64,000 bases of DNA, from contig CM119263.1 of the NCBI GenBank assembly GCA_051294375.1, forward strand, positions 17,156,171 to 17,220,170, written 5' to 3'. A program made the position numbers and the translations under genes. Positions 1 through 14,737 of this stretch are shown here, piece by piece. The stretch is from Paraspadella gotoi (lineage: Eukaryota > Animalia > Chaetognatha). Each line of letters starts with the position of its first letter. The first letter of the stretch is position 1. The notes under the pieces are model-generated. The model worked only from the letters and a program-made list of their open reading frames with translations. It searched no databases and was not told the DNA's origin.

Positions 1-834
1 CGATCAGGGTTTCCGAAGTCTATCAACGATTCACGCTTGAAGCTTTAAGAGTTAGAGTGGGCGTGACACTGCGTGTCACAACTTGGCACCATAAGTTAAA
101 ATTATATGTAGAATAAGGAGGGGAAAAAATGCGGGATTGTAAGAAACGAGGAGTGACCAAATCTTGGGGCATGGTCCCCGCTATATTGTCGAACGTTTAA
201 TCTTTAAAACCGACATAAATTACTTTTGGGAATTTAAAATTCGCATTTCAAACACTGTTTCTGGTTTTAACGTTATTGCAAGCACAGATTGTAATTATAT
301 TTATAATAAACTACTATAAACTATAAATTATGAGATTTTCTCCTAATAAAAGGTCAATTGTTTTTTGCAGATCAAGAGTGGCGAGTCAGCTGTAGCCAGA
401 ACCACGGAATGGCAACAAAGCAAACAGATTTGACTGACCCTGGCTTCTTTACAGTCATTTTTATATAAAAAATATCTCTCACTTAGATCTGATATACAAT
501 ATACAAACTTATCATATAATACTTTGTTTGTGGCGGTATACTCAGTTATTAGTATTACTCACACCGCCTCACCTCAGGTGGCGTCACTGAGGGTCGGAAG
601 TTCCCAAAGCCAACAGTGAGTTGCCCCATCCCAATGGGCTTGACAGGCAACCCCGATGTTGCCATAAGTTCTTCTTTATCGCGTAATTCAGATCGACAGG
701 AACAATGAGGTGAGTTTTTGTTTAATTAACACTTTAATCTATTAATTAATGTTTTTTGTAATCTTAAAATTAAGTAAATAAAAAAGTACATTATTACGAT
801 TCATCCATCCGAGCATCTAACCATCCAATTTCAG

Positions 835-1185
835 TTGTTTGGCTTCCCCACCGCCGTCTTCTTCATCATTGGCAATTTATTCTGGGAGCGATTTTCATTT
901 TATGGAATGAGGGCGATTTCGGTCATTTATTTAACGGTGAGAAAAACCCGGTTTTCCTAGGTGGGGGGCCTGGGGGGGGTAGTGATTAAGAACCACCTAA
1001 ACACCCTTTTTGTTTTAAAAAAAATATTCAGATTATTGAAATATCAAAATTTAAAAAGAATTGTAAGATGTAATCCTCAGCCGAAAGTGATAGGCGATCT
1101 CTTCATGGACCAAATCTCAGCAGTCGCCATGACCCACGCCTTCAATATGGTTTGCTTTGGAAAGTCTTGGCTCCTCCATTTTTAA
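835..1185 (+). pseudogene. SLC15/PepT (POT family) oligopeptide transporter, N-terminal fragment: exons 835-936 and 1081-~1159 (in-frame stop at 1183-1185 if unspliced)
   Basis: tttcag|835..936|gtgag translates LFGFPTAVFFIIGNLFWERFSFYGMRAISVIYLT, matching PepT1/2 TM1 (FGYPLSIFFIVVNEFCERFSYYGMRAILILY). The next exon cctcag|1081 gives DQISAVAMTHAFNMVCF, similar to PepT TM2 (DNLSTAIYHTFVALCY). No further PepT exons were recognised downstream, so it may be a truncated copy. Confidence 0.7.
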
Positions 1186-4100
1186 AGTCTTGGGTCAATC
1201 TTTGAAGTCGCCATCTCCAAAGTTTGAAGCCGAGGTCATGTAATAAGTTGAATAATCGCGAGCTGCTGTGGGTAAATCTGTAGTTCCTCCTTTTTCTCTA
1301 TGCCAATTTCCTCATTATTTTATTTCACCTCCTACTCCTACGTATTTACATATCCAATCTTAACAACTTCAATCTTTGCACTAATTATTTCACCAAACAC
1401 TTTCTTGACCCTTAGATACGTCGACGAGAAGGACGAGGAAAAAGTGTGGAAAAAAGAAAAGGATGATAAAGGGAAGGGAGATGATGATGCTGTTGTACGT
1501 TTCGGGTGAAGGACTAATCGAGATTGGATTTTGTGTCCGCTTCATATTTTCTTTTTTTCTTCTTTTTTTGCACGAAACAGCGAAAAAGAAAACCCCGTTT
1601 ATGAAGACTGAAAAAGAGAAAACAATGAATCTCGTTTCGTCCTCAACCGTCAACTTGTTTTTGATTGAATTTAAGTCTACGGATTTGAATATAAGTAAAA
1701 ACCTCTAAAAATTCTTTCCTCTCGGTTTATTCGTGCAAAAGTTTCAAGAGTGAAATCGCCTGCGACAACGTGGCGCCATTTTTGGCCATTTTACGTTTCG
1801 GTTTATGATTTTTAGGTGCAGAGAGGGAGGTAGGGAATGTGGCTGTGAAGTTCGTGACGTATGAATTTATTGGTGAAGTTATACAATAAGATCAGTATTC
1901 TCAAATATATATATATATAATTTTTTTATGATTCCGATTCAAGCGCTTGATTTAAACGCGAATTCGAAAAGAAAAATCTTCACCGTTGGTTGGATAATGA
2001 TGATTACAATTTTGTTTCATCTTTGCTTCTTTTCCCCTTCCCTCCAGCGTCCAGTAACGACTCGCGAATCCCCTTGCATAACGGAGAGTCGACAACTTTT
2101 TTCTTTGATTGATTGCGACAGGGTCGCGACTCATGGGCGACTAAAAGCTCCAACGGTCCTGGGTCGAGATGACCGAATCACAATGAGAGTCTTAGTTCCA
2201 AAAGCGATGACCCTCAACGCCCAGCCCACCAAACCGTCTTTAAAATGCAAAAAACTGAAAACTCGAAAGCTACCAACAGTTTCCGGCCTTCTCTTTGGGT
2301 TTTTCTATCGAAAAAAAAAAAGAAAAACTGGAGGAGTTTCCGAGTCTTTTGTTCGAAGAATCTTCTCCGCCCTCGTTTCTTTATTTTTCTTTTGTTTATT
2401 TCGCGGAGTTTGGGTCGTATAGCGGCTGACTCCGGATTGGTGAACACTGAACAGGGAAGGCGCGTTTCGGACCGGATGCGGTGGTCGGCTGCTGTATTCC
2501 GGTCTGTTATGTTTACTTCGTGGACCTGTTCGATCACTTCGAACAGAGACGAATTGTTATCTCCGATTTTTTTCGCTGAAAAATTACATTTCATCTCTTA
2601 ATCATTTAATGCTTAGATTTTGTTAAACTTTTATTTTTTACGAGATAGACTCTCGGTTGCCCTTTTGATTATCGAATTCGTATTTTTGCCGCTACTAAAT
2701 ATCTGATTGATCAAGTATTTTGAACGTTGCTTTCTGATTGGTCGGTCCTTATGACTGTTCCTTACCCAAGGGTGCCTACCAAAAACTATGGGGATGACAA
2801 ACTAACTAACTTACCAATGATTGGTGACAGTCGGTAAGCAATTAAAGTGTTATTTTTTATAATTTTATGATTAAGTTTTAAGTTGACTGTTTTTAATAAT
2901 TTTTTCTCTTGTTATGTTAAGAAATAGTCTCCCTTCGATTACTACACGCTTCACGTCTCTCGGCCATGTTATGTCTACTACAATAAATATTACTAAATTT
3001 ATATTCTTCGAATTTCTATAAATAAATAGCAAGTTACGGAAAAATCCTCCATAGATTTTTTAATCGGTTTTAATTTTAAAAACGGATGTCTTAATCACGA
3101 TGCCCGATTATCATTGTATAGTAAAGATGGATGAATAATTCATTAATGAAGTTTCTTTTTAACTCTCTCTCTCTCTCTCTGTATCTCGTCTGATTGTTTT
3201 TGCATTAAACATTTTCTCATCTGGATCCCAAATTCAATTAGACGGATGTTTTTTTTTTCTTCAAGTTTTAACGACGTAAACTTCACTAAGTGACGACTGA
3301 TGACGTCGTCCACTGGCGTCTTCCGACGTCAAATAACGTCTTTATCTCGTTAGCGGAAAAAAAAGGGCGGTTTTCCAATCCTCCTTCTCATTTTCTCTTT
3401 TCTTTCGTTCCCACTCTCTCCCCCTCCTTTCTTGAGACGATGACGGAACTATCCTCAGTTCCTTTACTCCATCTCTCTCTATTTTTCTCTCTCTATCTCT
3501 CCTTCTTCTCGTCACCCGCCACCCCTTTACCCTCTTCCGTCCCTTACCCTCTCCGAATCGTCTTCATCATCGCATTAGAACCCAAATGGGTTGGACTCTG
3601 TTTCTTGGGCCGACGAAGAAAATCCGACGATAAATTTGTCAAAACTGGCGACGGAGAAGCCAAATCTAATCGAGAATAAAAAACGGAGGGAAAAATACAA
3701 ATCACTAACTCACTCTCTCTCTCTTTTTTTCCCCCCCTTTTTTTTCATCAAGATTGGCGAAGCCTGACGATAAAAATAAAAGAAAAAAATAATTAAAAAA
3801 TAGATTAGAATCGACTTTCACTTTATCTGGCGCCACGCGACGCGCGATTTGATTATCCTTTATAGTGAAGTGATAATTACTAGCCAAGAGTTTTAAATAT
3901 TTTTTTCTTATTTGGGAGAATTATTGTACAAGCTCTCAAAGGAAGAGTCACAATGTGATCCCATTACAAGTTTCCTTTTTTTTTTTAGATAATAAAAAGT
4001 AAATAAATTAAAGAAATGATTGCGATCTTCGTTTTTGTTTATATTTATAAGAAATATAGTAAGAAAGGCTGTTGAGCTACATTTTTGCTTATTTCCATAA

Positions 4101-4686
4101 ACATAAAGCGATGGCCGCTGTCTGACCTCCAGATTGACCCGCCCTTTTGCCTCGACTGACGCGAATTGTTAACAAAGGGATATTTGTTAATGTAGATGAA
4201 ACCACTCTGAACAGGGAATAAAAAAAACATGATAAGGCTAAAACAATGCGATTAATCAATATTTTATCTCATTTGTTGAAATTCAGTGGAAAAAGCAAAA
4301 TATATGATCTTCCTGACAAACCTTTAAAAAACTTTTATGTTATTCTTAAAAGGTTTCATTTTCCATCTTTGATGCAGCGAGGCATCTTTACAAATAATTT
4401 TCTAGTAGATTAGATTTGGTATGACTAATCCGTCTTACGTACATATACATATTTAAATATTAACGGTTCGTGAACAAAAAAAATATTCTTTCCACATCCG
4501 TTGGATTTCTTGACAATATGACAACATGCTTTTTCTGAAAAAAAAAAACTTTCAACGTTGACGTAATATTGAATTTGAAAAGATGCAAATTATATTATGT
4601 GGCCACGGTAAAATCCAGGCTTTTAATTAAAACCGCTCTCACAGACACTCTCACTCAATCACGAGCACTGGCTGTCGGCATCGGTA

Positions 4687-5021
<335 letters not shown>

Positions 5022-5862
5022 TAGGTACATATTGTAGGATCATCTTTCTTTCCAAGTTTTAAGTTTTCTCAGTGATGGTCGTACAAACGTGGTTACTTTA
5101 ACCATGCGGCACGTTTCAGTTTCTTTACGGTTCAACCTACGCCCAGTGGCACTTCTAGCGGACGCCCACAAATCACTCTCCACATTTCGCCCTGCGGATC
5201 CCAAAATGACATTACATCATCCTTTTAGCGCCCAGGATATGAATGAAGGGAAAGGATTGGCGAGAGGGTATTAGTAGGGACGAAGAAATATTTGCGAAGG
5301 AAGGAAAGAAGGTGATGAAAGAAAAAGTTATTTACTAGATAGGTGAACGGATTGTGAAAAATGTAACGGCAAAATAGTCACAAGGTTAAAAAAAAAGTAA
5401 AATGACATCAAAATCCGCTTCTGGAGAACCGTATGAAGCGCGATGAGAATTAGGTTTTATTGAAAGAAAATTAATTGAGAAAAATCGGGAAAATCTGGCA
5501 AAGATAGTAGGAGATTGGTAAACACGAATCGAGGATGCTGGCAGCGTGAACGATTGGCTATGGGAGATCGGGAGAGGGCGTCTTCCAAAGAGAAAAAGAA
5601 AATGGAGAGTTAAATCCAATTTGGAGCAGACAGAGAAGATGGCCGCGTGGAAGTCTGTCATTCTCTCTCTCTCTCCCTCGCTTCATCCACTCTCGTATGG
5701 ACTGCGGACTCATTTTCCTTTCTTACTATCTCTCNNNNNNNNNNCCTCGACAAAGTTTTACGATGAAATCTTTGGGAAAAGAAAGGATAAACTCTTATTT
5801 ATTTTTATATCCCACGTTTTCTTTTTCTATGTTCCTTAAGCCATTCTTTTCTTTCGGTTTTC

Positions 5863-5950
<88 letters not shown>

Positions 5951-6247
5951 CAACTGTTTCTTTCTCCTTCTCTCTTGTTATTTTCACTTTCTCTCCCTAT
6001 CCCCGCCCTTCTTCTCTCTTGACCCTTCTTATCAACGATCACAACGGGGTCTCAGTTTTTATTCGTTTCCCCTTTTATTCCCTCTATCTCTCTCGCTCTC
6101 TCTCTCTATCTCCCTCTCTCCTTTCCACTCTCAGAATTTTTTTTTCCCTTTTCTCCCTCAATTTCACGTTTAAGACTTTCCGTCTTTCATGTTTCTCTTT
6201 TATTTATGGAGTGATTTCTTTTACTTTATTTTTTTTACTTTAATCTT

Positions 6248-6291
<44 letters not shown>

Positions 6292-9200
6292 TTTTTCTAG
6301 TTCTTATTTTCTTTTTTAATTCATTATTTCTTTCTTACTTTCTTTTTTATTTTTTATTTATTTTATTCTTTTCTCCTTTTTTACGACAACTACGAAATCC
6401 TTTTAAAGAAAAAGGCGTTAATATTTTCAATCGAAGCTTAACTAAAGTTAAGGTAAGGTACCTTTATAAAAGCAAATAAATAAGTAAATTCGGCGAATCA
6501 AGTAGAAGATACATTTACAATTTATATGAATAAATAAATAAATAAAAAGAAATATATTTTTTTAGATAATAATCCAATTAAAACAGCGACTTAAGTTTGT
6601 TTCACTAACCCTAACTTTCCAGAGACGCCATCTCACGCTGTCACCACAAACTCTGACACCGACGCTGGACATTTCTCCGCCTCTCTCGCTCGAATACCCG
6701 CGGCGCCGCACGCCGCTGCCGACGCCTCTTCCACTCTCGGAGAGAGAAAAAAGTGAAAAGCATGACAGAAAAACGAGTAGGAATTATGGACCCTCGCCGC
6801 TCTGAGAAGAGTTATAAAAAAGAAGAAAGACAAACCGCTCCTTTCTTTTTTTTCTCCATCCCTCTTTCGCTTCCTTTTGCCCCGAAACCCAATGTTTTCC
6901 TCTTTACTCTGGCTATTTCTATCTTCGTCTCTCTTTTGCCCTTTCACATACTCTCCGTCTCCCCCTAACTTCCTTTTTCCATCTCTCTTTCTATATCTCT
7001 TTCTCTCTCTCTCTCTCTCTCTCTGTTTTCTTTGCACTGTTGTGGATGCTAATTCCCCTCTGTTTCCGTTTTTGTTTCTGTTTTCGTTTCCCTTTTGTTC
7101 TCTTTTTTTTCTTTTACCTCTCGTCCTTTCGTCTGTGGAAAACAATCGTTCTTTATCCAAAATGTCGACAGGTATTTGAGAAAAAGCTTCCGTTTGTAGT
7201 AAATATTTTTGGCATCTGTCCTTTTTCTTAGTTACGTTTTTTTTTTTTTTTATATTACTGCAATTACTGTTGTTTTTATTAATTTTTTGATCATGAGAAG
7301 GGGAAACTTGATAAAAACTTAAATTAATATTATCAATAGGATTTAATCTCGAATTCACCTCTGATCTTCCCATTTTCTCCCTTCCCCGACCGCCCGACTT
7401 GAACTCTAAGGCTCTGAGACTTTTATGGGTCGATTCCTTGGAAATTTCTTTTCCTACCCGAATATGCAAATTAGATTCTGGTTTTCGACCTATTTGGAAA
7501 GCGAGTTTTGGTTAGGACTTAAATAGTGGAACTTGGAAGACACGCCGTAGGATATTAATTGTTCCCCCGCACCTCATTTTTTTTCCCGTGGTTCCTTGTA
7601 ATTCTGCTAATCACTATCTTCATCGTTCTCACCCTTCTCGTTCTCCATTTATCTTTCTTATACGTTCTCCTCCTTGTTCTTAACTTTCTCCTCTTCGGCG
7701 TTCTCCTCGTTCTCCTGATTACATTATTCGTTTTCCATTTTCTTTAATGAAAATCCTCAGCTCAGTTTTTTTCGAAATCTTTTTCTGGGTTCAACTTCCC
7801 CTAAATTACAATGATAAAATATTATGCCTCGGTGGAAATGACTTTCCTATTTTAATATTCTTCTAACGGTACGATATATTGAAGATGTTATCCTGTTATG
7901 AAATCTTTTTTTCTATTTTTCATGTTCCTTTTAATTTTTATTTTTAATTTTTAAAAGAAATTTTTTTTAATAATAGTCAAATCTCCCTTTCCCAATTCCA
8001 AATGTATAAAAGAAGAACCGGGCCTCGAATTCCCAAGTCTTCCATTTTGACAGACTTTCAGATTTCTTGGTTCAGGTAAGAGGAGATGAATTGAGAAGGT
8101 AATCGAGTTCCGTCGACCCGAAAAGACTTTTTAGTCTCCCCATAAATTCAAACGGAAATCTCACCCCCCCCCCTCAGACTTCACTCCCGACCAACTTCTC
8201 TCTCCGACTCTATCGGTCGTAATGCAACAAATTTCCTTGTATCGATTCTCCTTTTGGATTTTTTACGACCGAGTGAAATCGGGAAACCATTCCCTCACAA
8301 CGTTATTGTCGAAAAAGACGACGACGACGACTATGACCACGACTATGACGATGACGATGACAATGACGACGACGGAAGCGGAAGCAACGTTGACGTCAAA
8401 GTAACGCCGACGTTGAGCATTGCATTACTGAATCCCAACCCGATATAACGATATTCGCTCTATCCCACGCTCCTTCCTATTTTTTATCTTTCTATCCCGT
8501 CTTATCCCCGATCTAACTTTTTTCCGCCTTTCTTTCCCTCTCTTCCTTTGTCATTTTTCTCCAATATCCTTATAACTGCTGTCCTCTCTTCGTTATACTT
8601 TTTTTATCCGTTTAATCTCCCTCTGTCTTTCCCCTTTTTATTTCTCTTCTTATCACATTTCCCTATCGTTTCAACATTTTTCACGTTTTCTACTTTTTTT
8701 TCACCTCATATTTTTCTATGTTTCTTCCTTTTTTTATTTTTTCTTTTTCTATCTTTTTCTATCCCTTTTGTCTCTTATAGCAAATATCTTGACTTCCTAC
8801 TTTTCTTTTAAGGTAACACTAGCATTATCTTCCAACCCTCCTTCGACTAGTTTAGTACTCAGTCACCGCCGCCGCTGCTGCCTCCGCCTTCAAAGTCGGC
8901 GCTTCCTCCGGAGCTTCAAAGCCTTCGTCCCCCCCCCGACTAGGTAGTCATTTTCAATCCGGCGACAAACCCAATAGTTCCTAACTTCCTATAAAGTCGC
9001 AATCAATCATAAAGCAGATTTCAAACATTTTTATGATTCTAATTGAGAATTCGACCCACAACAAAGCTTCCTTGCCCCAAATTCGACTTTCGAACACCAG
9101 GGAGTTGCCCCATCCTGTTCTAAATACCACTCCCGATTTTCATCTTGCCACGGATACCACATCCAACTCAAATTGCCATTTCCGCAGACCTTCAAATGCC

Positions 9201-10554
9201 AGTTCCGTCTCTCAAAACGTCTCTCGTCTTCCCTCGCCGACTCTTCATTCGAAAAGACGGAAAAGTCGAAATCAATTTTCCTGCTTTTTTTTTTCCTTCA
9301 GCTCGGAAAAAAGCCTGGCCTACATTTTTCTCCGTTTTTCGCTTCTTTCGCTTCTTTTTCTTTTGTGCAGCAAAGGAATTCTCAGCGAGATGGCTTTTAC
9401 GAAAAAGCATCTTAACTTAATTTTACGAGTTTTGTTTATGGGGCAAAAAAAAAAAATGCTGGAAATGTATAAAACTATTCTTCCTTTGCTTTTCGGTTCC
9501 ATTCATTCCAAAATTCTTTTCGTCCCTGTTTTTCGACTCGAAATCATTTTCTTGTTTCTTTTATCCTTCATGGTTTTTCTCTATCTACTCAATATAATCC
9601 CACCCATCTACTTTTCCTCTTCTCCTCGCATGCCTCGCTACTTTCCCAAGGGATGGTCTCTTCTCCCTCCCGACTTTTCTTTTTTTTCGGTTTCTCAGCT
9701 CGATTCGTCCCTTCCACTTCTTTCCACTTCTTCTCACATCTCAATCTCTCACCTCCTTCAATCCAACATTTCTATTACCTCCTTTCCCGAGAGAGAGAAA
9801 AAAAAAACGTTTCATGACGCAGATTACTAACGCAGCCTCCTCGTCTCGAACCGAGAGAGAATCAACTGTGAGAATTCAAAAGTCACTGTGCCGAAAACGC
9901 AGCCAAGGGATCAGCGATTTTCATCCCGTGAATTTCACTCTCGATGAATTTCACGGATTGATTTATGGTTTTCGGATTTGAATCCATTTCGAAGTCTCGA
10001 GAGGCACAAAATTTTGCTTGAAGGAAAAAACTGTTTATTTTCCAGAGGGAATCAGTAATCTAGCGACAATCCTTTTTGATTTTATGATTAAAATAAAATA
10101 TTAATATTAATTTTTTACTAATATTATTTTTACTAATATTAGAATTAAAATACTTTCGAGTAAAATTAAAATATCGCGCTAACGATGCCCGTCGTATTGA
10201 TTTCTGTTAATAGGCATTCGATTGTATTTTTAAAGAGATGTCCCACTGAGCCTGCAGAGCCATCGGAATCAAGAGATTTGAAAGCTCCAGTGGTCACTAC
10301 TGCCACTGACCGGCCCTTTCCCCGGCGTCCGGCCATTTTCCGCGTCCATTTCTCGGCGACGCCTGACCGTCTCTCGAGACGATCCACGTCCGATGGTGAC
10401 GGATAACTTGACGGGGTGACGTTCTTCGGACCCGGGATTTTCGGGAAATAGGCTTCGTAAATTCTCTGGAGAACTTGAGCGTCAAATCTCTGATCCAATA
10501 TTCGATGCGAATATTTTCGGCCCCCTCCCGCCCAGAGAGCCCAAAGTTCTTTCA

Positions 10555-10556
<2 letters not shown>

Positions 10557-10650
<94 letters not shown>
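10557..10650. repeat. (GA)n microsatellite
   Basis: ~45 AG units seen directly. Confidence 0.95.
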
Positions 10651-10653
<3 letters not shown>

Positions 10654-12687
10654 AAATGACTGAGAAAGAAAGAGGATTATTTTCCCGCCTCTTTATGCTT
10701 TGAGTAACTTTATGGAAACTCGCCCTTTTGAAAAGTTTAAAGAACGATCCTTTTGATTGATTGGAAGAGAGGGGGTTCGAGGGAGTTGAGGAGGAGGAGG
10801 AGGAAGAGGAAGAGGTCGGAGTGAAAGAGAAGGATGGGGACTCCGAGGCGGGAAAATATTGAAGGGAAAAAAACACTTTAAAATGATTTTCTGGAAAAGT
10901 CGGTCATGAAGAAAGAGAACCACGATGAAGGGATGGGGAGGGCTGAGATGGGACTGGTGTAGTGGGTATATAAAATGAAAAGATGAAAGCGATATTAAGA
11001 AAAGATGAGGTAGCAAGTGGTTTAATCCAGTGGGAAAAAAGTTAGTGAAGCATGAATGTAATTAAATTCGAAGGAAAACATAATAATTAAAAGATGGAGA
11101 GATAAAAAAAAATGATGAAGGTTAAAAATTAAATTATGCAACGATGTGGGTAAAAATGAAAAAGTTGAAATGTAAATGAGACAAAAAATTTTTTTTGGTG
11201 AGGAACAACTTTTTTGGAGAGATGAGAGAAGAAGAAACGAACGGAGAGGATTGGTCGGGGGAAGGATGGGTAAATCGGAGCAAAGAAAAAGAGAACAATT
11301 AGGACAAAGAAATATCTCGAAAGAAAAAAAAAAATTTAAATGAAGTCAGAGCGAAAGAATAGTCGATGGCGTAAAAAATGATGATGATGAAGATGAAGAA
11401 GAAGCAGAAGAAGAATAGAAGAATAAATGAACGAGAGAAGATGACGAAGATGACGAGAAAGGTGGAAGAAACAAAAGAAAGCAGGGAGGGGAGGAACAAA
11501 GAGGAAGATAAAATAAGAGAGTAACTGTACGAGACTATATCACGATAAAATTTTGAAAGAAGGATTAAGAAGGATTAAGAAGGATTAGGAAGGAATAAAA
11601 AAAAGACGAATGAGGCTGGAGTTTTTAAAAGCGAAGACCGATTCGACGATCGACATCCCCGACGACTTTCATCGATTTCACAATGAAAGGCCGAGGAGAG
11701 AAAGAGACGAGCGGCAGGGCCGGACGGGACGGATGGGAACGGACGGAGAGAAGCGCCGGAATGGGAACGGATCGACGGTCGGTTATGAAAGAGCGTTGGA
11801 ACGGTCGCGCGGATGGACGAACGAAATACGAGAGTTATATGGACCGTTAAACCTCTCCTATTGAACCGAACTATGGGGCGGGGGATCGCGGAATAAGTCA
11901 GCGGCCGATGTTTCGCCGCCGAACCATCGGTGGTTGAGCTTCGCTTATAATTGGGTTTAGAACTTGCGAAGGACGGACTGGGGGGGCGGAAGGGGGGGGG
12001 AGAGGCGCTTTATAACCACGCTTCGCTACTCGTTGATGTCGATAGCGGTCGACATAAAAAAATGGCGGTCGCTTGACTGATGCCTATTGGGCTGAAAAAA
12101 AAAAACTTTTGTTGTATGAATTGGACACAATAAGAGATCAAGAAGTAATAGACACGTTGGGAAAATTGCCAATTATTGAACAGCTGCTGCACGAAAAACC
12201 TACGAGTTTAACTCCCGTTTTTAACTTGTTGTAATATCGGTGGCTAAACGACGAGCTCTAAAACTCTCTCGAGTGCTCATATCGGTCGACGAAACTTAAC
12301 CTCGAAACCCCACCAGTCTTCACCTGTCGAACCTCCGCCCCCCCCGTCGATCTCTCTCAAGACGACTTCGGTCTAAATCTGTCACGAAATGGTCCTCCGA
12401 CGATGACAATGACGACGGCGGAGGAGATGACGACGATGACGACGACGACGACGATAACGATTCGGGCAACGGTTGTAGCGGCGAAAACGATTTGGTTTAT
12501 TTTAAAGGACGTCTCCCAATCTTCGTTCACCTCTCCTTCATAATCTGGATTCTTCTCATCTCGGACTTGATTTCTCTGGGCGTAAATGTATGAAAATATT
12601 TTTTTAATGTAAAAGAGGCGAAGAAAGAACTACGGGTTATCCTTCAAAGACGTCGGCGCGATGACAAGGCAACTATAAATAAGGGGA

Positions 12688-12724
<37 letters not shown>

Positions 12725-14689
12725 TCCAAGATGGACGACGACGGAATCATCGTCGCGTTTCTTCTCCTGGGAGGAAAATCGTAAAATCGTCTCACGAGTT
12801 TACGATCTTCGCTTGGATGTGAAGGGAGGAGAGATGAGATTGCGATCGTGGGGGTGAATAGCAATTTGGGGTGACTAAAAGTAGGAAATTGCCGGTGGTG
12901 AATGGAGGAGTCAGTGATAAGTGGTAATTTTTATGATTTATTTTGGATTCCGGTTAAAGGCAAAAAACTTGTTTCAAACAATCATTATATTTTTTTTATA
13001 TTTATCAACAGATTTCACAGCCATTCAAAGGTATTGTAATGAGAAAAATGAGAAAGAGAAAGAAGATGAGAGGAGAGAGAGAGAGAGAGATGAGATAGAG
13101 AAAGAGAAGAGAGGAGAGAGAAGAAGAGAGAGAGAGAGAGAGGAGGAGAGAGAGAGAGGAGAGGAGAAAGAGGAATCTCGATATGAGAGCAAAGGGGCGG
13201 GACAAAGATTCTTACTGAATATCGTCATTTCAATTCTTTTGTATTAGGAAATGGGTGCTTATTAATATTCAGTCACAGTCGTTCGGCAGTCTATTTCTGT
13301 GAATTAGTCCTTGAGATTTCGAAAGAGTTTTCTTTAGAATAAAGACTTGGATTCTTGCTCATGTGTTTTACAATATTTTTACATTTTATTTTACATTTAC
13401 AGGTCACCCTACCGCCCAGTGATAAAGCTTCAATCCAAACTTTCCTAAAACGTCCAAACGATCCTTACCTTTTCGACGTCTCTACCGAAAATGAAGATAC
13501 ATTCGGCGATGACTGTATTCTCTTTCATCCAAAGGCCTCAAGGGGACAATTTAGGTGCGAGACTTCGAATCCACTCAACCGAAGCCTATCGCCTCTTGTT
13601 TGGGTTAAATGGCAGCAAAACAGGCTGACGGATGCTCATTGCCGTAATTGGGAGGCGCGTGAACGTCACGTTCGCAGGGAGGACGCGTTTGAACGATTGC
13701 GCGCGCATTGGAATCGGGGTGGTGGCGGTGGGGGGCGGTGCTTAAGGTTTGGGGGCGGGGGAAAGCCGGTGGGGAGGCGGTGGAGCGGAGCGTTGAAGGT
13801 TAACGAACTGAGAATATTTTAACTTATGGAATAAATTATGAAACTACGCATGGGCGTAAAAACCTTTTGTTTCCCTCTGGAGATTTTGATGAAGCAGAAG
13901 TGAAAGACCGAAATTAAGGTCGTTGTCAACGACTTTCCGAAAATTAGTTTCAATTTTCTGGATTATAGGGTTGCAGAATACAGATAGTGTAGTATATTGA
14001 GTCTCATTGACGAGATGTGAAAGACAATGACATATTTGAAATTAATTCCCGGCTTATGAAAAATTATGAGAACAGAATAAACGGGCTGAACTTAGTGTAT
14101 GAAGTTTAATTTTAAATATTTATAACTATTTGTTATATTTGTATATTTTATATTCTATATTTTTATAATTTTATTTTCAGAATATTACCTAAGAGTCCAA
14201 ATTCTTTTATCTAGATTGCCAAAATTCGTGTATGGCATCATGTTGGAGAAGTGGGAAGAGCATATACATTCAGAGTTAAACAACACTACCATTTTACGAA
14301 TAGCGCATTAAAACCTTTGCTTTTGAATTCTACGAACACTTGTACTCTATCGACGAGCGACAAATATGAGCAATGTTTTGATATTTCATGTATCTTTAGC
14401 CAAGACACAAGTTTTCATCTCAACTCTTTCGAACTCTCCCTCGCAGACGCGGCCCGAGCTAAACGACAGTCAGCATTTCCCTGAGGCACAAAAGGTGCGC
14501 TTTCGCTTCCGATTCCCGAGCGTCGCGAGAAAAACGACGTGAAAACGTCCGCGCGCGCGCAATAACGAGAAATTGGAGACGCAAGATGGCGCCACGCTCG
14601 CGCGTTGGCGTGAGATGGTGCAGAGATGGCGTCAGATGGAGTGCGATGCCGAGATACGAATAGCTTGTTGACGCGAGTAAAGTTTGAGG

Positions 14690-14737
<48 letters not shown>

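Noticed and set aside
371-709. Exon-like segments (ttttgcag|371; cctcag|578-709|gtgag) upstream of the PepT exon
   Set aside because: Stops occur in the relevant frames and there is no recognisable homology; could be UTR exons but cannot be supported.
2404-2440. LGRIAADSGL resembles the next PepT motif LGALIADSWLG
   Set aside because: No phase-compatible acceptor and the similarity ends immediately; probably chance.
3297-3335. CTGATGA followed by a stem (possible hammerhead)
   Set aside because: Lacks the GAAA and stem III of the catalytic core.
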